Positions 38,780-48,788 of a stretch of 64,000 bases of DNA are shown piece by piece. Both the position numbers and the translations under genes were made by a program. Origin of the DNA: Candidatus Latescibacterota bacterium (GTDB taxonomy: Bacteria > Latescibacterota > UBA2968 > GCA-2709665); assembly GCA_963667175.2 (NCBI GenBank), contig CAXXXF010000006.1:657851-721850 (forward strand), written 5' to 3'. The notes under the pieces are model-generated. The model ran no database searches. It had not been told where the DNA came from and was given only the letters and a program-made list of their open reading frames with translations. Within the stretch, counting starts at the first letter, position 1; each line of letters opens with the position of its first letter.

Positions 38780-40200
38780 ATGCCGGAAGTAACCCACAAG
38801 ACCGACCTCCTCGTGATCGGCGGCGGGCCCGGCGGCTACGCCGCCGCATTCAGAGCGGCGGACCTCGGCGTTCCCGTAACCCTGGTGGAGGCCGACGACC
38901 GCCTCGGGGGCACGTGCCTGCTCCGGGGTTGCATCCCGTCCAAGGCCCTGCTTCACGTCGCGAGTCTGATCGCCGAATCGCGAGAAGCGGCGGCGTGCGG
39001 ATTGACGTTTGCGGAACCGGAGATCGATCTGGTCAAAATGCGGAAGTGGAAAGACGGAATCCTCACGAAGCTCTCGCGCGGCCTCGACGCCCTTTGCAAA
39101 CGCCGCAGGGTTACGCGGATCCGCGGCCGCGCCGCCTTCGAGGCTTCCAGCCGGGTCCGCGTTTCCGGGAATGACGACGTCTCTCATATTGACTTCGTCC
39201 ATGCCGTCGTCGCCACGGGCTCCCGGCCGGCGGCGCCTCCGGTCTTCGCCATTGACAGTCCGAAGATCCTGGATTCGAACAGAGCGCTCGAACTGGAGAA
39301 CGTCCCGGATCGTCTGCTGGCCGTCGGCGGCGGGATCATCGGTCTGGAGCTGAGCACCGTCTACGCGCAACTCGGAAGCCGGGTGACGCTCGTCGAGATC
39401 ACCGGCGGCCTCCTGCCCGGGGTGGACCGGGATCTGGTCAAGCCCCTGCAAAAACGCCTCGAAGGCATGTTCGACGGCATCCATTGCAACACCGCCGTGG
39501 CCTCCCTGGAAGAAGACGGTCGCGAGATTGCCGCGAATTTCGAGGGGGACTACCGGGACGGCCCACAAACCTTCGACAGCGTCCTGGTCTCGGCCGGCCG
39601 GGTCCCAAACACCGAAACCCTGGGCCTGGAGAAGACTGGCGCGGGGCTCTCGGATGCCGGATTCATCATCGTCGACGACCATTTGCGAACGGCCGACAGC
39701 CGCATCTTTGCCATCGGCGACGTGGTGGACGGTCCCGGGCTCGCCCACAAAGCCGCCCACCAGGGAAAGGTTGCCGCGGAAGTCATCGCGGGGCAGCCCG
39801 CGGCCTTTGACGGCGTCGTCCCTTCCGTTGTGTACACGGACCCCGAAATCGCGTGGTGCGGCCTGACGGAAACCGAAGCGCGGGCGCAGGACCGCCCCGT
39901 CAAAACCGCCCGCTATCCCTGGGCCGCCTCGGGCAGGGCCGCCACGCTGGGCCGTACCGAGGGGCTCACGAAACTGATATTCGACCCCGAGACCCGCCGA
40001 ATCCTGGGGGCGGGGATCGTGGGTCCCAACGCCGGCGAGCTCATCGCGGAAGCCGTGCTCGGCATCGAGATGGGCAGCCGTCGCCGAAGACCTCGCGCAC
40101 ACGATCCACCCCCCATCCCTCCCTCGCGGAATCCCTGGGCATCGCCGCGGAGATCCACCTGGGTACCGCAACCGACCTGTACGTCCCGCGAAGGCGGTAG
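38780..40200 (+). CDS. lpdA: Dihydrolipoamide dehydrogenase E3 (two +1 indels near the 3' end)
   Basis: GGGPGGY and GGTCLLRGCIPSK. The C-terminal TIHPHPSLAE is restored by removing single bases at ~40076 and in the C-run at 40089-40094. Confidence 0.92.
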
Positions 40201-40392
40201 GTGAACCCTCTGCGGGAAACGCTACTCGCACCTGCGCTGCGGGCAGGTCGAAACACCATCTTCACTCCCTTGAATGCACCTCGACAACCTGCCTCATCCC
40301 TCTCTCGCTCTCACTCCAATCCGGATCTTATTTCCTGGAGCCGCGCACACAGCGCTTGAGGCGATTCGACGCACCGGTCCTCATACGTCCTA

Positions 40393-40430
40393 TTGCAAAA
40401 TGTCAGTTTATATGATATATTTCTGACATT
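40393..40430 (+). promoter_or_regulatory. Promoter with inverted-repeat operator of the AbiE-type operon
   Basis: TTGCAA-17bp-TATATT with extended -10 TG. Inverted repeat AATGTCAG (40399-40406) / CTGACATT (40423-40430). Confidence 0.7.
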
Positions 40431-40443
40431 CAGGAGGTGGATC

Positions 40444-41042
40444 ATGTCCAGCCTGCCTAAACGGATTGTGAAACTCGCCGCGGAGTTACCGGAAGGCGCA
40501 CTGCTGTCCCCAGGTGCTCTTCTTCACCTGGGAACCCGCGCTGCAATCGATCAGGCGCTGTCCCGTCTTGCCCGCAAGGGGGACCTTCTGCGGGTCTGCC
40601 AGGGCCTCTATGTCCGGCCCATTCAGACCCGCTTCGGTCCTCGTCCGCCTGCCGTTGAGAAAGTGATCGCATCGCTCTCCGACCTCTGGGGCGAGACGAT
40701 TGTGCCCTGTGGGGGGCGTAGCGGCGAATGCCCTTGGACTCACCACACAGGTGCCGGTGCGGTCGGTTTATCTGACCTCGGGCCCCGCTCGCAGGCTGTA
40801 CCCTGGGTAAGTTGGCAGTTGTACTGCGCCATGCTCCGCGTTGGCAGTTGGCAGCGCCGTACCGACCAGCAGGCGACGTGGTTCGCGCCATGTCATGGCT
40901 GGGTCCGTACGAAGTTGAGGCGGCCCTGGACGTGATTGGGCGCAGGCTCTCAGCCGAAGACCTTGGCGAGTTGGCCGCATCGCGTGCTGTAATGCCGGCA
41001 TGGATGGCAGAACCCGTGAGCGCAATGGTTGCCAATGGCTGA
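40444..41042 (+). CDS. AbiEi-like (DUF6088) type IV antitoxin, frameshifted
   Basis: RAAIDQALSRL..GLYVRPIQTRFG; AANALGLTTQVP in a second frame; LRHAPRWQL in a third. Shifts at ~40710-40717 (G-run) and ~40800. Confidence 0.8.
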
Positions 41043-42060
41043 CACACCGTTTCAATCCCTCTCGCCCGACGACCAGCGGGATGCCCTGAACGTGGCCTCC
41101 AGCCTCAGTGGAAGGCGTACCCATCTCCTGGAGAAGGACATATGGGTAGTGTATACGTTACGCGCCCTGATGGAGAGTCCCTACGGTCGGGACCTGACCT
41201 TCAAGGGAGGTACCTCTCTGGCCAAGGCGTATCATGCCATCCGTCGATTTTCGGAAGACCTTGACGTCACCTATGGCATCCGAGCCATCGCTGCCGACCT
41301 CGTGGAAGACAATGGGATTGACGCACTGCCATCCACGCGCAGTCAGGAGCGGAAGTGGACACGGGAAATCAGGCGACGCCTGGCCAATTGGGTGGAATTT
41401 CATGCGCGGCCTACGATTGAGGCGAACCTGTCTGAATCTGGACTTTCCGCATGGATACGTGCCGACGGAGACCGGATATTCGTCAGCTATGAGCCCCTGT
41501 TCCCGGATTACGGATTCGTAAGGCCGGAAGTATCGGTGGAGTTTGGGGGTCGTTCGACGGGGGAGCCTCGGGAAAAACGTCCTATAGCGTGCGATGCCGC
41601 GCCATACCTATCGGAAATTGCATTCCCCCTCGACCCATACGCTTGTCATGTTGCCGGAACGTACCTTCTGGGAGAAGGCCACGGCGGTGCATGTTTTTTG
41701 CCTTCAACAACGAAGGCGGGGGGAGCGACTGTCCCGGCACTGGCATGACATCTTCCACCTGGACGACGCGGGTTTCGTCGAAAGGTCGCTCGTCGACCGT
41801 GACCTGGCGATGTCGGTAGCACGACACAAGGCGACGTTCTTCCGCGAGAGGGGACGCCGATGGGAACTGGATCGACTACGAAGCTGCGGTAATCCGGGGC
41901 TATGCAGTTGGTGCCGCATGGTTTGGCATATGCAGCGTTGGCTGACGACTACGAAAAGATGCTCAGCGATGGGATGTTGCTCGAAGACGAAGAGTGTTTC
42001 GAGACCATAATGGACAGATGCGCCGAAATTGAGACGAAGGCGAATCGAAGAAGAGTATAA
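41035..42060 (+). CDS. AbiEii-family nucleotidyltransferase toxin, frameshifted
   Basis: LEKDIWVV, FKGGTSLAKAY..IRRFSEDLD, PERTFWEKAT, SRHWHD. Shifts near 41625 and 41850. Confidence 0.85.
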
Positions 42061-42257
42061 CTGTTGTTCAGACAGATCTCGGCCCAAATGCCTCGTCCTG
42101 TTCTTCGGTTGCAGACGTCGCAGCCCTGGAAAGGCAAGAGATTGGCGCATCCGCGAGTTCTGGATAAAATAAGCGGAATGCTCGGTGAATACAGGTGACG
42201 GGCTGGGAACCTGCTCCCGAATCTCTTATTGTCGACCTGGCAGGATTTCAAGACACA

Positions 42258-43493
42258 ATGGCCTCAACCTTTACCTGGCTCGATTATTCAGAACAAGAAC
42301 GGCGTCGTGCCCTCGATGCCATCTCACTCTTCAAGCTTCAGGAAACTCGTGACGAACTGGGTCTTGCGTCGATTCGCGACGCCTTCGCCGATCGTTTCTT
42401 TCCCGGGACGAGCACGATCCAGACCCGCGCCCGCTATTTCCTGCTTGTGCCTTGGTTGTGTAAGGAACTCGAAGAGAAACGCGTTGCGAGCGCCGCTGCG
42501 CCAGAGCGCCTGCGCCGGATGGAAGAAGAACTGGCTATACACCTTAGGCACAGCGAGGATGCTGACGGTGCAATTGGGAGAGATGCAGGCAAGGCTGTTA
42601 AACGTATGCCCAGCAGCATTTTTTGGGGCGGGCTGGGGCGCTGGCAGATCCTGACGTTTGAAGGGTCACTGACCCAATACCTCCGAAGCCTCGATCGCTT
42701 CTACCGCAACGAGAAACACCATCCGTCAATGATGGATGCGGATACTGAAAACGGACCCAGGCCGAAGAACTGGCACTCACATCTTCCGCGATCACCTCTG
42801 GGATTCCGCAAATGCGCGTCATTGACGGTCGATGTCCATGAGGCGGTATACCTGAAGGAGCGGATTCTAAACGCGTGCCCCGGTACACTGCTCGCCTATC
42901 TTGCAGATTGCGGAGAGAGATGGGAGCGGACTGACTTCGTTTGGTTTCACGACCTGGCCGCGGATTTTCCGAATGACGTCATCCGTGACCTCGCACACGC
43001 CCGGCTTTTTTCCGAAGTGATGCACGGAGCGACCCGCCTTTACAACGTGATGCTTTCCGACGCGCTGGGCTTGGAAGAGCGCCTGGAACACCATCGAGTG
43101 GCTTATGAGAAGTGGGCAGACGAAAGACACGTGCAGGCTGGGCGCCTGGGCGACTGGGACCTTCGGGATTTCTGGATGCTTTTGAATGTCCAAGGCGCGC
43201 GAGTCACGCACCGGACGCGCGAATTTGTGAATGAATGGATAGAACTGACTCGTGAGTCCCAACACCCCATTCTCTTGCTTGAAAGTCCGGCTGCACGAGA
43301 GCTGATTCTCCGCCGCGAGAAGTGGTTGAAAAGGGGCCGATCTCGATTCTCGAACCGGCGGCACCTCGAATTGTGGAAGGGCGATTCGGGTACGAGACAG
43401 CTGGATTTTCGATGGACTGCGAGTCAACGGCTCCTTATGGACATTGTCGAAGGTCTCAACTCAACTCGTAAAGGCGTGAGCGCACATGCTTAA
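42258..43493 (+). CDS. DUF6361-like defence-associated protein
   Basis: FTWLDYSE..RDELGLASIRDAFADRFFPGTSTIQTRARYFLLVPW. Confidence 0.75.
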   Translation: MASTFTWLDYSEQERRRALDAISLFKLQETRDELGLASIRDAFADRFFPGTSTIQTRARYFLLVPWLCKELEEKRVASAAAPERLRRMEEELAIHLRHSEDADGAIGRDAGKAVKRMPSSIFWGGLGRWQILTFEGSLTQYLRSLDRFYRNEKHHPSMMDADTENGPRPKNWHSHLPRSPLGFRKCASLTVDVHEAVYLKERILNACPGTLLAYLADCGERWERTDFVWFHDLAADFPNDVIRDLAHARLFSEVMHGATRLYNVMLSDALGLEERLEHHRVAYEKWADERHVQAGRLGDWDLRDFWMLLNVQGARVTHRTREFVNEWIELTRESQHPILLLESPAARELILRREKWLKRGRSRFSNRRHLELWKGDSGTRQLDFRWTASQRLLMDIVEGLNSTRKGVSAHA

Positions 43494-45348
43494 GCCGGAA
43501 GAAAGGCTACTGTTGCTTGATACCCTGCGTCCCCCGGATGGGTACCGCTTCGATCGTGCCATCGGAACAACCTTCACACTCGACCTTGAGTCGTTGCTAA
43601 CCGTACCACTTGCATTTACGTTCCTTGACTGGGAAGACACAAATGGCCTACCGTCAACCGATCCACTGGCGCTGCTGGAAGCAATGCGCCGGCACGCTGG
43701 GCGGATTCACCTTTTTTGCCAGGCGGGGCAGATCAACATTCCGACAGCGAATCAACCATTACTGGCATACATCGAAGACACTGTCGTTCAGGTTCGGCCG
43801 CCACACCACAACGGGTCGTTCCATCCCAAGATCTGGTTCGTCCGCTTCGAGTCACGTTCCAGGCAGGAACCGGTGAGGTATCGACTATTGTGCATGTCCA
43901 GGAATCTCACGCATTCGCGGTCTTGGGATACAACACTCGTTCTGGATGGAGTGCTGAAGGATCGTAAGTTGCCGATTGGTCGAAATCACCCATTGAGTGA
44001 TTTCATCAGAGCGTTGCCCCAAATGGCTATTCAGTCGCTTGACCGCGATGTGACAAAAACGATGAACACCGTTCAGAGTGAAATACGCCGTGTGGATTTC
44101 AAGTTGCCAGAAGGTTTCAAGGACATACGGTTCCATCCCATGGGCCACTATGGTGCAGGCCATTGGCCATTTCCGGACAACCCGAGAGACTTCCTGGTCA
44201 TGTCACCTTTTGTGAGTTCAACGTTTGTGCGGCGTCTGGCACAGACGCACTGCATTCAGCACCTGATATCCCGACCGGACTCTATCGCAAGCCTTTCCCC
44301 CGATGCACTTGAGTTGTTAAAGCGGGCTTGGACGATGAGCCCTCATGCGGAGTTCGATAGCCACGAAGGCGCCGACGCTGATGGACCGGATGCGACGACA
44401 AGAGTGGTTGCGTCCGAGGAAGACGAACTCGTGGGATTACACGCAAAGCTGTTTGTGATGGACGACGGCTGGAACGCACGTGTTTGGACAGGCTCAGCAA
44501 ACGCCACAGATGCTGCTTTCCAGCGGAATGTGGAATTCATGGTCGAACTGACTGGACGCAAGTCGCACTGCGGTATCGCGGCATTTCTGGGTGACGAAGA
44601 AAGCGAAGTCGGTTTGCTTCCGATACTGCAAGAATACACTGCCGACACAACGGAGGAAGAAGATCCTGAGAGAAACACGCTCCGATGCCGCCTGGAGGAA
44701 GCGGTCATCACTCTTCTGGATGCACGCCTGTCTATTTCGATTTCCGAAGTCGATGACCAGTGTTTCAGTCTTGTGATTGCGGCCAATCAAGCTCTGAAGC
44801 TCCGAACGGACGTACAAGTGGAGCTCTGGCCAGTCACGTTACCTTCAGGCACAGCGCAGACTTTCGAGAACGAAAGACCCTCAATAAGGTTTCCGCAACT
44901 GTCAATTGGCGCGATTACTGCTTTCATTGCGTTCCATCTGAAAACCGGAACCGGCGACAAAGTCATGGAGAACCGATTTGTATTGCGGTTGCCCATCCGC
45001 GGCGCCCCGTCAGACCGGCGTGAGCGCGTCCTGCAACAACTGCTGACGGATGCCGATCAGGTGATGCGGTTGTTGTTGCTTATGCTCAGTGATGAAGGCT
45101 TGAATGCCCACACCTTTATGAAGTCTGGGACCGACGTTGGCACGAGAATCGACCTTGGGTTGCCAGGTGGTTCGACACTCCTGGAAGCAATGTTGTGTGC
45201 TCTGCACAGGAATCCGGAATTGCTGGATCATGTAGACAATCTCGTGCGAGACTTGCGGAAAACTACAGGAGGCAAAGTTCTTCTGCCCCCCGATTTCGAT
45301 CAGGTGTGGGAACCTATCCTGCGAGTGCGACGGGAGATGCGCTCATGA
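43486..45348 (+). CDS. Phospholipase D-family (HKD) nuclease-like protein
   Basis: SFHPKIW..SRNLT and LHAKLFV..GSANAT motifs. Confidence 0.8.
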   Translation: MLKPEERLLLLDTLRPPDGYRFDRAIGTTFTLDLESLLTVPLAFTFLDWEDTNGLPSTDPLALLEAMRRHAGRIHLFCQAGQINIPTANQPLLAYIEDTVVQVRPPHHNGSFHPKIWFVRFESRSRQEPVRYRLLCMSRNLTHSRSWDTTLVLDGVLKDRKLPIGRNHPLSDFIRALPQMAIQSLDRDVTKTMNTVQSEIRRVDFKLPEGFKDIRFHPMGHYGAGHWPFPDNPRDFLVMSPFVSSTFVRRLAQTHCIQHLISRPDSIASLSPDALELLKRAWTMSPHAEFDSHEGADADGPDATTRVVASEEDELVGLHAKLFVMDDGWNARVWTGSANATDAAFQRNVEFMVELTGRKSHCGIAAFLGDEESEVGLLPILQEYTADTTEEEDPERNTLRCRLEEAVITLLDARLSISISEVDDQCFSLVIAANQALKLRTDVQVELWPVTLPSGTAQTFENERPSIRFPQLSIGAITAFIAFHLKTGTGDKVMENRFVLRLPIRGAPSDRRERVLQQLLTDADQVMRLLLLMLSDEGLNAHTFMKSGTDVGTRIDLGLPGGSTLLEAMLCALHRNPELLDHVDNLVRDLRKTTGGKVLLPPDFDQVWEPILRVRREMRS

Positions 45349-48300
45349 ACGCCCGCCCACAGCTTGAACACGAACTCTCAAAACTCAAGGGATTCCAACG
45401 ACGAACGGTTGACTACGCCTTCGATCGCCTGTTCATGAAGAGAGACTCCAGCCATCGTTTTCTCGTCGCCGACGAAGTCGGGTTGGGGAAGACACTGGTT
45501 GCCCGAGGCGTGATTGCCAGGGCAATTGACCATCTGTGGGACAAAGTGCCGCGAATCGACATCGTCTACATCTGTTCGAACAGCTCGATTGCTCGGCAGA
45601 ATGTCCGAAGGCTAACCCTTTTTCCAGACGAAGACACACATCGGATCGATCGACTGACTCGGCTTCCGAGCGCTGTTCAAGGACTTCGCAATCGCAAGAT
45701 CAACTTTATCGCATTCACACCGAGAACGTCCTTTGATTTGAAGTCGAGAGGAGGCCGTTGGGAAGAACGAGTGGTGCTCTATTGGATGCTCCAGAGTCTC
45801 TGGCCAGATACCCGGACCGGACCAAAGAACCTGATGCAAGGAACAGTTCGAAACGTTATACGATTCCGGGATCAGCTCCTGAGGTTTCGTGACGAAGAGA
45901 AAATCGATTCGGACCTACAGAAGGCCTTCAAGCGCGCCGTGTACCGACGAATTCGGGAGGAACGCCAGCAAGGCGTGCAAACGTTACTGCAGCGATATCA
46001 GGATCTCTGTCAACGGTTTCGCAGAGCCAGGAAGCACGTCTCATGGCCTGATCGTGACGAACAGTTTCGCTTCCTCGGTGAGATGCGCACTATTCTGGCG
46101 GCTACGTGTATTGAGGCGCTCGAGCCGGACCTGGTGATCCTAGACGAGTTTCAGCGTTTTCGGGATCTGCTGCAGCCCAACGACGAGGCAGGGAGGCTGG
46201 CCCAAAGGATGTTCGAGTATTCTGACGAGGTCTCCTCTGCTCGTATCCTGCTACTTTCTGCGACACCTTACAAGATGTACACACTGCAGCACGAGCAAGC
46301 TGAAGACGACCACTATCAAGACTTTCTAAAGACCTTTGATTTCGTCAGTGGCGGCGGTGAAAACCGTGAAACGCTGCGATGCGCCTTGCACGAGTACCGG
46401 CAGGAGCTTTATCGGCTTGGCAACGGTGGTGTGTCAGGTCGTCTGGAACAATTAAAGGCGCAGACAGAAACCCATCTCCGTCGATATATGTGCCGTACCG
46501 AACGCATCCACCCTACCGAACAAATGGATGGTATGCTACGGGACATTCCGGCAGAAAAAATCGACATCCAGCCGGTTGACGTCAGGGCATTCCTGAGTCT
46601 TGAGGCAATCGCCGATTCCGTCGGCCAGCCTGGTGTATTGGAATATTGGAGATCGGCGCCTTACCTGCTCAACTTCATGGGCCAATATCAATTTAAACAG
46701 GAAATACTTCGGAAGATGGCGTCTCTGAGGGGTGACCTTCCGCAGCAGTTGGTAGCAGCTCCCGAGCTCTTTATTGACTGGAAGAGAGTCGAACGATACG
46801 ACCGCATTGATCCGCAGAACGCCAAGCTCCGCTGGCTCGAACGCTGGATCGACGTGACGGGTGCATGGAAACTGCTATGGATGCCACCCACACTTCCTTA
46901 CTGGAAACTCTCTGGACCGTTTGCGCGGGCAGGAGACCGGAACCTGACCAAGCAGTTGATCTTTTCGTCGTGGCATGTCGTGCCCAGGGCGATTGCCTCG
47001 TTGGTCAGCTACGAAGTCGAGCGCCGAGTGTTCCGTCGTTTCGAATCGAGACCTCGCAACAGTGCTCGATCTCGAAAACGACGGCGCCCGTTGTTGCGAT
47101 TTGCTCGAAGGGCAGGACGCCTGACTGGAATGCCTGTTCTGGCACTGATGTACCCAAGCGTCTCGCTGGCTCGGCTGGCCGATCCGCTTCAGCTTAATAC
47201 GGGAGACACACTCCGGCCAGAATTCGCCGACACGCTTGCGAAAGCGGTAGACACTTTGCGTCCGCAAATAGAGAAGCTTGTGAGGAGACAGCCTGTGAAG
47301 AACGGGCGCGAAGACGAAAGTTGGTACTGGGCAGCACCTATTCTGCTCGACCTGGAGGAAGCAGGCAGATTGACGCGGGAGTGGTTTGAGAACCCGAATC
47401 TACCATGGCTACGGTCGACGGAAGAGGATGGCGACGACGAAGCCAACTTGGGGTTGGTGGAACACGTTGAGCGCGCTCTTGAACTCGTTCGAGGGGATCT
47501 AGAACTGGGCGCCCCGCCAGCCGATCTTGTCGAGACGGTAGCGAAACTGGCGCTTGCCTCTCCCGGCGTCACGGCAGCCAGAGCGCTGGCTCGGCGAGGG
47601 CTTGGAGATGGCGCTATTGAGTCTGTCAATCTTCGCAACGCGGCCGCTTCGATCGGATGGGCGTTCCGCTCTATGTTCAACCAGCCGGAGGCAATGGCTC
47701 TGATCCGTACGGGTCGGGACGCGTCTCCGTATTGGCGCATGGTCCTGGACTACTCGGTAGAGGGATGCCTTCAAGCCGTCCTTGACGAATTTGCCCATCT
47801 CGTACGGGACCTCGAGGGACTTATAGACAAGCCACCCAACGAGACGATCGGCGATGTTTGTGATGCGATAAGGGGGGCGGTGGCGCTTCGCACTTCGACA
47901 GCACAAGCAGATGAACTACATCTCGACGCCACCTCAGATGACGAAATTCTCAGCCACCGCCGGATGCGCAATCACTTCGCGCTTCGATTCGCTACCCAAG
48001 AATCTGAAGAGGGCGCGGTTGGAACCAGGATCGAGAGTGTTCGTGCTGCTTTCAATTCTCCCTTCTGGCCGTTCGTCTTGACCACGACTTCAGTTGGCCA
48101 GGAAGGCCTCGACTTTCACGCCTACGCCCACGCTGTTGTACACTGGAATCTTCCGTCAAACCCTGTTGATCTGGAACAGCGAGAGGGGCGTGTACACCGG
48201 TATAAGGGACATGCCATTCGCAAAAACGTCGCTGCTGTATACGGTTCAAGAGCTCTCGCCGATGCCCGGAGTGACGTTTGGGAGCGATTGTTTGAAATTG

Positions 48301-48569
48301 CGGCGGAACAGGATACCCACAACGGCGATGGTCTGGTTCCATATTGGCTATATCCGGGCGAGTCTGCGATTGAACGCCACGTACCAGGTTTGCCTCTCAG
48401 CCGAGAGGTTGTGCATCTGAACTCGCTGAAGCGTTCTCTAGCCGTTTACCGGATGGTTTTCGGCCAACCGCGTCAAGATGACCTTATGGCGTATCTGTTG
48501 GATCGAATCGACACCGAAATTCTCGATGAGTTAGCGCCGCGTCTTCAGATTGACCTCAGCCCTCGATGA
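45345..48569 (+). CDS. SF2 (SNF2-like) helicase/ATPase
   Basis: ADEVGLGKT, LDEFQRF, LLSATPY, QEGLDFH, LEQREGRVHRY. ATGA overlap with the PLD gene. Confidence 0.9.
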   Translation: MNARPQLEHELSKLKGFQRRTVDYAFDRLFMKRDSSHRFLVADEVGLGKTLVARGVIARAIDHLWDKVPRIDIVYICSNSSIARQNVRRLTLFPDEDTHRIDRLTRLPSAVQGLRNRKINFIAFTPRTSFDLKSRGGRWEERVVLYWMLQSLWPDTRTGPKNLMQGTVRNVIRFRDQLLRFRDEEKIDSDLQKAFKRAVYRRIREERQQGVQTLLQRYQDLCQRFRRARKHVSWPDRDEQFRFLGEMRTILAATCIEALEPDLVILDEFQRFRDLLQPNDEAGRLAQRMFEYSDEVSSARILLLSATPYKMYTLQHEQAEDDHYQDFLKTFDFVSGGGENRETLRCALHEYRQELYRLGNGGVSGRLEQLKAQTETHLRRYMCRTERIHPTEQMDGMLRDIPAEKIDIQPVDVRAFLSLEAIADSVGQPGVLEYWRSAPYLLNFMGQYQFKQEILRKMASLRGDLPQQLVAAPELFIDWKRVERYDRIDPQNAKLRWLERWIDVTGAWKLLWMPPTLPYWKLSGPFARAGDRNLTKQLIFSSWHVVPRAIASLVSYEVERRVFRRFESRPRNSARSRKRRRPLLRFARRAGRLTGMPVLALMYPSVSLARLADPLQLNTGDTLRPEFADTLAKAVDTLRPQIEKLVRRQPVKNGREDESWYWAAPILLDLEEAGRLTREWFENPNLPWLRSTEEDGDDEANLGLVEHVERALELVRGDLELGAPPADLVETVAKLALASPGVTAARALARRGLGDGAIESVNLRNAAASIGWAFRSMFNQPEAMALIRTGRDASPYWRMVLDYSVEGCLQAVLDEFAHLVRDLEGLIDKPPNETIGDVCDAIRGAVALRTSTAQADELHLDATSDDEILSHRRMRNHFALRFATQESEEGAVGTRIESVRAAFNSPFWPFVLTTTSVGQEGLDFHAYAHAVVHWNLPSNPVDLEQREGRVHRYKGHAIRKNVAAVYGSRALADARSDVWERLFEIAAEQDTHNGDGLVPYWLYPGESAIERHVPGLPLSREVVHLNSLKRSLAVYRMVFGQPRQDDLMAYLLDRIDTEILDELAPRLQIDLSPR

Positions 48570-48788
48570 GGTAACTCCCATGTGTAAGTCGGATCGGTTG
48601 ATGGAAATCTGACTTTTGTTCTGTGATCGACAGCAAGCGTTGTTTTTGATTGAAATACCTGATTGGTCTTTCAGCTCTGTAAGCACCTTGCTCTTAAGGA
48701 TAAGCCTCGAATTTTGTCCAACGCATAGACCTGAGGGTATCGAGGTATCGGATGCTTGTGAACCTTTGCTATCCGTGCCGTTGCGCCG

